37,891 nucleotides of DNA from Parvularia atlantis. Lineage: Eukaryota. This document shows, piece by piece, positions 11,468 through 20,263 of the stretch. Within the stretch, counting starts at the first letter, position 1; every line of letters begins with the position of its first letter. The stretch spans positions 1 to 37,891 of the forward strand of contig CALSCO010001254.1 of NCBI GenBank assembly GCA_943704415.1, read 5' to 3'. Under the pieces are notes generated by a model. That model saw nothing but the letters and a program-made list of their open reading frames with translations. It ran no database searches and had not been told where the DNA came from. Made by a program: the position numbers and the translations under genes.

Positions 11468-14064
11468 TCACGCCGTCTTGCCCGTCTTGGCAAACGAGAT
11501 GCGCAGGCGCTGGTCCTGCTGCAGCGGAAACTGGTGCAGGGAGCTGCGCGTGGAAGTGAGACGGGCCATGACACAGGGCGGGCACACGCACACGAGGGCG
11601 TCGACGGCCGAGCCGATCGAGTCCATCGTCACAACGGCCATCTTGTTGCTGTTGCTAAGCAGAGCGCGTCGTGCGCCGTGTGAGGCGCGCGCCCAGCCTC
11701 ACCCATCGAACGCACGGGAAGAAGCGGAAGCCCGTGACCGTGCCGTACGGCGCAAAGAGGTCGCGCAGCTGCTGCTCGGTCGCGCCGTCGGCGATGTTGG
11801 ACAGGTGCAGGTTCATCGACGGCGGGAAGATGTTGGCGTAGTTCTTCGAGCTGTGCCCACACGCACACGCGTCAGCAGACGCCACCAGGAGCGTCACTGT
11901 ACGTACCCCGGGTGCGTGAAGCGGTGGAACTCGGACTTTTCGTACGAGACCGTGTTGCGGTTCTGCGCCTGCGGGTGCACGCGTCCGTCAGCAGGGACCG
12001 GTGCGAGCGGGAGGTGGAGCGCGCGCCTCCTCCGACTCGGGGTTGGGCATCTTGACCGAGCTGTGGGACGAGATCGTGAGCGACATGGGCTTGCCAAACA
12101 GCACGATGTTGTTGAGCATGCGCACGGCTGCGGCCCGCGTCAGCCGCCAGCCCCACATGTGACGATGCGCGCACCGAGCTGCGCCTGCTGCGCGTTGCTC
12201 AGCTGGATCATGGCCGTGTGCCGCTTGTTGTAGAGGATCTTGACACGCTGGACGTCGCCGTAGACGCCGAAGAGGTTGAACAGGGCGTCGCACGTGATAC
12301 GCTCCTCGTTGAGCTTATTGGCAAGCACGACCGGGCTGCCGTTCCCCGCAGCCGCGGCAGCCGCGGCGGCAACCATCGGGTCGGCGTAGGCCATCGGCGA
12401 CGCCATCGCTGCGTCGGCGCGTGTCAGTGCGGCTTCGGCGTTGCAGGCGGAAAGAGGGCGCACTCGCGGGGCCGGACATCATGTAGCCCGGGTGGAACAT
12501 GCCCTGGGCCGCGTACGCCGTCGGCGTCGGCATCATCGGCTGGCCCATTGGGCCGAACGGCAGGTTCTGCGTGTAGTCGCTGCGCATGGCGCCCGGTCAG
12601 CAGCGCGCACACGCGGTGGTGGTGGAGGCCGAAGCGCACCGGGACTTCTCGTTGTTGTAGAGGATCTTGAGCGTCTCAAATTTGGACATCTGGATCTTGA
12701 GCAGCCCCGCGCCGTCAAAAAGGTACTTGCCGTGCAGGCTCTGCGCGTGTGACGTGTGAGCGCAGGCGTGCGGGTGCGCAGCGGGCACGCACGTTGCGCG
12801 CGTTCTCGGCCACGGGCTCGTTCGCGTACTGCACCAGCACCTGCGTCGTGCCCGACACCTCGACCTTGTTCATGATCAGCATCTGCGCTGACGTCAGTTG
12901 GGCGCGTGCGTGGACCTCGCTGTGTCGCACCTTGAGCACCGTGCCGCACGTCTGGAAGACCGTGTGCAGCAGGTCGACCGTAAGCGGGTAAAAGCAGTCG
13001 GAGATGGTCACATGGAGCACGCAGCCGGGGCGCGACGGCGCAGAGCCAGGGGTGACGAGCGAGTGCTGATTGAAGCCGGGCATGAGGCTCATGGGGGCGC
13101 CCATGCCGCTGCCCATTGTGCCCATGGCGCCGGGCATGTTGCCCATGGGCGCCATCGCCGCGAGGGTGGACGCGGGTGGGACGTTGTCGAGCTCGTTGCG
13201 GCGCGAGTACTGCAGGTAGACCTGCTTGTTGCTGTTAGTGCGTGCGGCGTGTGCGCGTACGTGTGCATGACGGGTCGCGATCGTCGAGGGCGGAAATGAA
13301 GGCGGATCGAGGGCAGAGTGGTCGAAGGCGAGTCGAGGGCAGCGCGGTCGAGGGCGAGTCGAGGCAAGGTTGAGTGCAGGTCGAAGGCGAAGGCGAGTCG
13401 AAGGCGAGTTGAGGCAGCACGGTCCAGCACGGCAGCACGGCAGCACGGCAGCACGGCAGTCAGCACGGTCGAATGCGTAGCAGCACGGTCCAGCACGGCA
13501 GCACGGTCAAATGCGTAGCAGCACGGCAGTCAGCACGGTCGAGCACGGCAGACGAGCACGGCAGTCAGCACGGTCCAGCACGGCAGACGAGCACAGCAGC
13601 ACGGAGGCGACGAGCATCAGTTAAGCAGCGCGGGACGAGAGCAGGCGCGGGAGCAAGAAGCAAGAGCAGGCGAGGGAGGGGAGGGGGACGGGAGGGGAGG
13701 CAAGGCGGCGGACCGGATCTGCGCGCGCTGCGTCTCGAAGAACTGGAGGGCGTAGGCGGCCGAGTCGACATCGGTGAACTGCACGAAGCCCTGGCCCTTG
13801 GTCTTTGCGCCACATCAGCCGACGGCGGCGCACGGGCCACGCGGGGAGGGGCGGCGCGCGCCTTGAGCACGAGCAGCTTGTAGACCGCGGCCTGGTTCGG
13901 GAAGAGCGCGCGCAGCTCGAGCTCGCTCACGTCCAGCGGCATGTTGCGCACGTGCAGCACCTGGCGCCATCCCGCCGTCAGCGCGCGCCGTCGAGGCGGA
14001 GGGCGACTGGCGCACGGCCGAAGGGGGCGGCGCGTCCTCCTCGCTCATGCGCTGCCGCTTGGCC

Positions 14065-14100
<36 letters not shown>

Positions 14101-14126
14101 GCCGGCGGCTGCTCGGCGTCGCTCAT
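11468..14126 (-). CDS. PTBP: Polypyrimidine tract-binding protein (4 RRMs, spliced)
   Basis: RRM1 [31 protein letters not shown]2 [25 protein letters not shown]3 [20 protein letters not shown]4 [33 protein letters not shown]-terminal polyQ. Confidence 0.92.
13232..13713 (-). promoter_or_regulatory. 482-nt pyrimidine-rich, AG-free PTB intron with degenerate CCGTGCTG and (CTC/TTC)GACTCGCC repeats
   Basis: Donor CG|GTCCGC at 13713 and acceptor ACTAACAG| at 13232 restore [13 protein letters not shown]. No CT dinucleotide on the + strand from 13234 to 13713. The regulatory role is inferred. Confidence 0.75.
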
Positions 14127-14250
14127 CACGGTGGGACGACCGAGGGGAAGGGCCGAAAAGTGTGACTGTGGACAGAGCAGAGACAGAGGACACAACAGGC
14201 CGCACGGGCCGCACCACCCCGCCGCCGCCCTGCTCCTTCCCCCCGCGCGC

Positions 14251-15184
14251 TCACTGGATGTCACACAGGTCGTTGTTGACGCGCGTGTTGAGCACGAGCG
14301 AGACGATGAGGCCGTACAGACCGAGCACCTTGAGCGCGCCCGCGTTAGCCGCACGCCCCGGCCACCGCCACGGCCACGGCCACAGCCACAGCCACAGCCA
14401 CAGCCACGGCACAGCGCGCACCTCGGCGAAGATGAGGATCAGCACCATGCCCACAAACAACCTCGACTCCTGCACGTAGCCGCGCACGCCCACGTTGCCG
14501 ACCTGACGCCCCGCCGTCAGCACCACCATCGCCTGTCGCCCATTGCCGCGCGCACCGTGCCCACGGCCAGGCCCGCCGCCACGCCCGCAAAGCCTACGCT
14601 CAGGCCCGAGCCCATGTGCGTGAGGCCGCTGCCGCGCGTCCGTCCCGCGTCAGCCCGTCGCGAAAGCAGCCCCAAAGCAACGACGCCGCACCTCGCGAGC
14701 GAGTACTTGGCACCGGGGTCGCCGATGGCGCCCGCGATCAGCACCGACACGACCAGGCCGTAGATGGCGATGATGCCTGCGCGGCATACGACGTCAAGGG
14801 CACGCGCGACGAGAGACGTGAGGCGATCCCGCACCGGCCATCACGACGGGGATGAGCGACTTCATGACCAGGTCCGGGCGGAACGTGCCGATGCCTGCCG
14901 CGGCCGCGCCACCGCGCCGCACGTCAGCAGCGCGGCCACCGTTCCGCGCGGCCGCCGCGCGAGCACGCACCGGCGATGGACACGCCGCTCATGGCCGTGC
15001 CGATGGCCGCGCCGACCGCTGCCGTTCGTCGTCAGCCTCCGCGCGGCGTCTGTCCCCCCCCCCCCCCCCCCCCCGCGCGCGCGCGCACGCGCCCCGCACC
15101 GCTGAAGACCATCGCCGCCGCGCCGCCGGCGAAGCCGAAGAAGGGCGCGTAGGCCGGGCAGAAGTCGACGTTGATGGCCGACAT
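14251..15184 (-). CDS. V-ATPase V0 proteolipid, subunit c/c' (Vma11-like), 6 introns
   Basis: [42 protein letters not shown] and [23 protein letters not shown] with the essential Glu. Confidence 0.95.
15054..15074 (-). repeat. G21 homopolymer in intron 1 of the V-ATPase proteolipid gene
   Basis: 21 consecutive C on the + strand. Confidence 0.9.
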
Positions 15185-15467
15185 CGGTCGCTCGTTCGTT
15201 CGTCGGCCTGCGCCACCGCCAGCGCATCAGTCGGGTAAACTCGCGCGGCGCGCCGGGAACGAGACGCCGCGCGGCGCCCGCTGCGCACGCCCAGCAGCAG
15301 CGCGGCCGACGCAGAGCGAGACGGAGAGGCGCCACGGCGGACGCGCGCTGCCGTGGTGAGGGCGCAAGACGGCGGCGGGCGGCACGAGGACATTACGCCA
15401 CAAACTGCGTCATCCGACAGCCGCGCGTCACGTGAGCAGCTAGCCATCAGTCTCTGCGGCTGTGGTC

Positions 15468-17783
15468 TCAGTACACCCCGAGCTGCGCCACACGCGGCAG
15501 GCTCACGACGATGACGCTGTCGCGCGGCGACACGGCGACGCCAAAGATGTCGCAATGCGGCGTGCCGCCACCCCACCGGTGCACGAGGTCGCTCACCGGG
15601 TCCGTCCGCCACGCCGACAGATGCGCGCCCGGCTCGGCCACAATCAGCGCGCGCTCCGGCGGGCTGTAGGCGATGCACAGCGGCTTCATACGCCCCTCGC
15701 CGCCGATCGTCTGCAGGATCTGGCCCGTCGCCGCCGAGAGGATCTGCACGCGGCACGCGCCCCGGTCGCACACGGCCAGCACGCTGTCCTCGGCCCAGTG
15801 CCCGGTGAACGCGACGACGTTGGTCAGGCGCTTGAAGCCAAAGACGGCGCGGACCCAGCGCTCGCTGCCGTCGGCATTGAACATGACGACCTCGTTGCGC
15901 TCGGCGCGGCAGCTGAGCGCGACACTGCCGTCCGGCAGGCACGCGACGCCGCACGGCGCCGTCCGCACGATCGACCGCAGCACGGCCCCGGTCTGCGCGT
16001 CGAGCAGGTTCACGCGATTGCCCAGTAGCTGCGTCGCCCACACGCCCTGCCCGTCCGGCGTGAACGCGACGTTGACGACGACGGCACCGAGCTGGCCCGC
16101 CCCGGCCGCGGCGCTGTCCGCGTTGCGCAGCGTCCGCACGAGCTCGCCCTCGACCGTCACCAGCTGCACGCGGCGGCTGTCAGCCACGGCCACGCTCGCG
16201 CCGTCCGGGTCAAACGCCAGCCCCTGAGGCGCCGTGAAGAGCCGCGGTGCGTCGTTGCCGTCGAGCGGGAGGCACCAGCGCGGCGAGGGCCCGGTCGAGC
16301 GCGCAAAGTCACGCTGCACCCGCCATGGCAGGCGCAGGCGCAGGCCACCGTCGAGGAAGAGGATGCGCTGGTGCAGCGCGCCGAGGCGGGCGACGACGGC
16401 GCCGACGTCGGCGGGCGAGCGCAGGAGCGCCTCGATGTCGGCCGGGTCGGGCGGGTCGTGCAGCTCGGCGGCTTCGAGGAACGTGTGCGCAAGGTCGGGC
16501 AGCTCGGCGTCGACGGCGTCGCTCGCGGTGACAAGCGCGCACGCGCGCTTGTGCAGGTGCCGCAGCGCCGTCAATGGCACAAAGTGCGACGAGGCGAAGA
16601 TGCTGTCGGCGGCTGTCACGGCGGCGTCGCAGTGGCCGTGCAGGCGCACGAGCGTGACGCGCTGCGCCTCGAGCGCCGCGATCGCGCCCGAGAGTCGGCC
16701 GACGAAGCGGTCGAGGAGCTCGTCGCGCCGGCGCGCGATGCCGAGCAGCGCGAGCGACAGCTGCCGCCCGCCGCTGTCGACGCGCGGGTCGCGGCTGCGG
16801 TCGAGCTCGTGCCGGGCGATGACGTGCTGCTGCACCGTGCGGAAGTGGTCGCGCAGGCGGTCCGCGTCGACGCGCTGCTGGCGGAGGCGCTCGGCGGCGT
16901 TGACGACGGCGGTAACGGCGTCGTGCAGCGGGCCCAGGCGCGCCGCGAGCTTCGTGGCCTCGCCAAAGAGCGTCTCGGCGACGGCGGCGCGGCGGGCGTC
17001 GATCGTGACGACGGCGTGGTCGACGTGGCTGGGCAGGCTCTGGCAGACGTGGCACAGGAACTGGTCGCCACACGGCTCGCAGACGGCCGAGACGCGGAGC
17101 CACTGGTGCAGGCGGCAGCGGCCCTCGTCGCGCGCGGCGGCCGCGCGGAAGCTGATGAGCGTGTCGAGCGTGCGCTGGGCGAGGACGGCGCCGTACGGCA
17201 CGGCGCAGGCGACGTCGGGCTCGAGCGCGAGGCAGCAGCGCGCATCGGCATTGCCGCGCCGCAGCTCGCCCGCGAGGCACGGCGCGCAGAGCGGGTGGAG
17301 GCACGGCAGGAGCGAGAAGCCGACAGCCTCGGTGAGCGCCTCGTCGCACGCGGGGCAGTCTGCGCGCGTGCGCGACGTGCCGCACGTGCGTCAGAGCAAC
17401 GGGGCCCGCGGAATGCGCGCTTTGCACGCACGTCGCCACGTGCTCGGCACTGCCGTAAGCAGCGTGTCGGTCGAGGACGAGCGGCTGAACGTGCGCGAGC
17501 TGGGCGACACGGCCGACAGCGACGCGCCCGACGGCGACCCCGTCGCCGAGAAGCACAGGATCAGCTCAGCGGGGCTCGGCGGGGGCGGCAGCTCAGGCAG
17601 CGCGAGCGCCAGCGCCTCGTCCCCCTCGCCGCCCGCCAGCAGGCTCGTCAGCCCCACGGGGCTGCGGCGGCGGCGCAGCAGGCCCGGGCTTGCCGCGCCC
17701 GGTGGTGGCGGCGAGGGCGCGCCTGGCGCCGTCACGACGATGACCGGCACGGCGGCTTGGCCTAGCGCGACCCCTGTTGCCAT
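15468..17783 (-). CDS. TRIM-NHL-like protein (RING, B-box, coiled coil, NHL-type propeller)
   Basis: After one intron: CPAC..LPCLHPLCAPC (RING), CRLH..CEPC..LCHVC..HVDH (B-box 2), a helical segment, then FTAPQGLAFDP..VAVADSRRVQ and LAVCDRGACRVQI (NHL). Confidence 0.8.
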
Positions 17784-17848
17784 CCGACCAATCACATCGA
17801 TCCGGCGCGCGTGCCACACGCCTCAAACGGCAGCCTGATCGCGCTCAC

Positions 17849-20155
17849 TCAGCGGTCGGTCGGCAGCTCAAAGACCTGCACGCGGTGGTTGTTGCGATCG
17901 ACCGAGAAGAGCAGGTGCAGGTCCGCCGCGACGTGGTTGCCGCCGTGGAAGTTGCTGAACTGGCCCAGCCGCGCCGTGCCGCTGCTGCCCCACTGCAGCA
18001 CGAGCGCGCCGCGGTCGCTCCAGACCGAGACCTTGTCGTCCTCGGCCACGAAGAGCAGCTCCGAGACGCTGTCGTACGCGACACCGGTCGGGTAGCTCAT
18101 GCGGCCCTCGCCGATGCACTGCACCAGCGACCCGTCGCGCGCGCTCAGCACCTGCCGCGCGAGCTCCGGGTTAGTCGACGAGCAGGAAGCGCGCATGCAC
18201 GGCACCTGCACGCGGTTGTTGTCGCGGTCGCAGACGTAGACGAGCCCGCGCGCCGCCGCCACGCCGTATGGGAACTTGAAGCCGGCGCCGCCCGACGACC
18301 AGAGCTCGCGGCCGGCGTGGTCGAGCAGCTTGACGAGGCTGAGCTCCTGGCACGTCACGGCGAGCAGCTGCGCCGTGTCAGCGTCGGCGAAGCTCGGCGG
18401 CACCGCCTCAAACGGGCTCATCGGCCGGGCAAGGTCGCCGCGCGGCGAGGTCGGCATCGCCGTCGCGCTCGTGCCGGCCGCGCCCGCCACGCCCTCGCGC
18501 ACGACGGCGACGCCCCACGGCGACGGGCAGGCGATACGCGCGACGGGTGGGTCCGACGGCGACGAGGTCGCGAGCGAGGCGTAGCGGCGCAGCTCGTTGG
18601 CGGCGGCGACGGCGACCCAGACGTCGCCCGCGCGTGTCGCCGCAAGCCCGCACGGCGGCTCCTCGAGCGCGACCGTGCGCACGTGCTCGCCCGCGGCCGT
18701 CAGGAGCTGCAGCCGGTTGTTGCCCCAGTCGCTCACGACGACGGTGCGCGTGCCCGGCAGACGCACGATCCCCGCCGGGCTCGCAAACTGGCCGGGCGCG
18801 GCACCCTTGCTGCCCGTGCCGAGCAGGTAGCCCGTGAGCGGGCGGGTGAGCGTGCCGAGCGAGGACGGGGCGAGGCGGTCGTGGAACGCCCGGCCGATCT
18901 TGCTCACGTCGTCGCGCAGGAGGTCGCGCGGGGGGTCGACCGCGAGGTTGAAGACGCGCGCGACGGCCGGCTTGAACAGCGTGCCGCTCTGGAGCTCCTC
19001 GCGCTGGAGCATGAGCAGCGTGTCCATGCGCGACGCCGCCGCCAGTTGCAGCCAGATCAGGTTGGCCGCGTGGCCGAGCGCGCGCGTCGGGTCGGGCGCG
19101 GCCCAGCCGTCCTTGCTGTTGCCGAGGGCCTCGGACGTGAGCACGTGCGCCTGCCGGACCTGGTCGCGGAACCGGCCGAGCAGGAGCTGCTGCTGGCGCG
19201 CCGACTTGATGTCACGCGTGACCGCGTTGGAGACCTGCGTCCGCAGCTGGTCGCGCCGCGCCTCGAGCTGGGTGATGCGCGCGCGCAGCTCGTCGATGAA
19301 CGCGTTAAACTGGCCGTCGATCGAGCCCGTGACCGCGTCCAGGTGCTTGGTCAGGCGCGACGTCAGCTGCTCGGCCGCCTGCACGGCCAGCTCGATGCCC
19401 GGCAGGGCCTGCTGCACTTGCACGGCCTGCACACGCGCGGCCTCGTGCACGCGGTCGGCGGCCGCGTCCAGCTTGAGCACGGTGTGGCCTTGGTGCGCCG
19501 AGCTCGTCATGCAGTCGAGGCAGAGCAGCGCCTTGCACGAGTCGCAGAACCCGCACAGCTCCTCGGACGGGTGCACGACGCACAGACGCGCCTGCACGGC
19601 CGCGGCCAGGCGCACGACCGTCGCAATGTGCTCGACGCCGGCGCGGCCCGCATCGGCCGCGGGCATCTGGTCCAGCGCCTGGATGGACGCCGTGACGGCC
19701 GCTGCAGCCGCCGCAATCCCCGTGCCACTGTGCTCGCCGCCCGTGCCGGTCGTGCTGCCAGTGAGCGCGTCGAGCACGTGGTCGACCGTCTTCTTGACGC
19801 GGCGGTGGTGGTCCGCATCGGCGCTGCACAGGTTGGCGGCGCAGTCGCGGCAGCGATGCGTCGCGAGAGTCTCGGCGTCGTTGCAGAAGTCGCAGCGAAC
19901 GTCGACCGAGATGCCCAGCGGCAGTGCGTCGCGCAGCAGGCCGTCGCTGACGGCGCCCGGCAGCAGCACGACGCGCGAGGGGAACTCGGCCGAACGGATG
20001 ACGAGCGGGCTGCCGCAGACGACGCCGCAGGGCAGGCGGACCTTGCAGCGCGTGCTCGTGCGCGCCTCAATGAAGCACGGCGCACACACGGCGTGCATGC
20101 ACTGCAGCACCGCGGCCGCCTGCGCGCGCCCGCACGCCGCACACGGCACGCCCAT
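17849..20155 (-). CDS. TRIM-NHL-like protein (RING, two B-boxes, coiled coil, NHL repeats)
   Basis: CAAC..CMHAVCAPC, CDFC..CRDC..LC..HHRRVKKTVDH, CVVH..FCDSC..LCLDC..HQGH, GQFASPAGI..VSDWGNNRLQ, FKFPYGVA..VCDRDNNRVQ and VDRNNHRVQVF. One in-frame intron at 18152-18205. Confidence 0.9.
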   Translation of the reverse strand: MGVPCAACGRAQAAAVLQCMHAVCAPCFIEARTSTRCKVRLPCGVVCGSPLVIRSAEFPSRVVLLPGAVSDGLLRDALPLGISVDVRCDFCNDAETLATHRCRDCAANLCSADADHHRRVKKTVDHVLDALTGSTTGTGGEHSGTGIAAAAAAVTASIQALDQMPAADAGRAGVEHIATVVRLAAAVQARLCVVHPSEELCGFCDSCKALLCLDCMTSSAHQGHTVLKLDAAADRVHEAARVQAVQVQQALPGIELAVQAAEQLTSRLTKHLDAVTGSIDGQFNAFIDELRARITQLEARRDQLRTQVSNAVTRDIKSARQQQLLLGRFRDQVRQAHVLTSEALGNSKDGWAAPDPTRALGHAANLIWLQLAAASRMDTLLMLQREELQSGTLFKPAVARVFNLAVDPPRDLLRDDVSKIGRAFHDRLAPSSLGTLTRPLTGYLLGTGSKGAAPGQFASPAGIVRLPGTRTVVVSDWGNNRLQLLTAAGEHVRTVALEEPPCGLAATRAGDVWVAVAAANELRRYASLATSSPSDPPVARIACPSPWGVAVVREGVAGAAGTSATAMPTSPRGDLARPMSPFEAVPPSFADADTAQLLAVTCQELSLVKLLDHAGRELWSSGGAGFKFPYGVAAARGLVYVCDRDNNRVQVPCMRASCSSTNPELARQVLSARDGSLVQCIGEGRMSYPTGVAYDSVSELLFVAEDDKVSVWSDRGALVLQWGSSGTARLGQFSNFHGGNHVAADLHLLFSVDRNNHRVQVFELPTDR

Positions 20156-20263
20156 GGTTGTGGTTGAGAAAGAGAGAGAGAGAGAGAGAAGACGCGAACC
20201 AGACCGAAAGCTCCTGTTTCGCCCTCTAGCCAATCACACGCTAGTGCGTGTCTCACTGCGGTT

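Noticed and set aside
13300..13620. Repeat cluster resembling a CRISPR array or minisatellite-borne ORF
   Set aside because: Units are short and degenerate with no unique spacers or cas genes. It lies inside a spliceosomal intron of PTB.
14361..14410. GTGGCY hexamer repeat read as WLWLWPWP or VAVAVA peptide
   Set aside because: It lies in the last V-ATPase intron. The conserved IFAE|VLGLYG joins across it.
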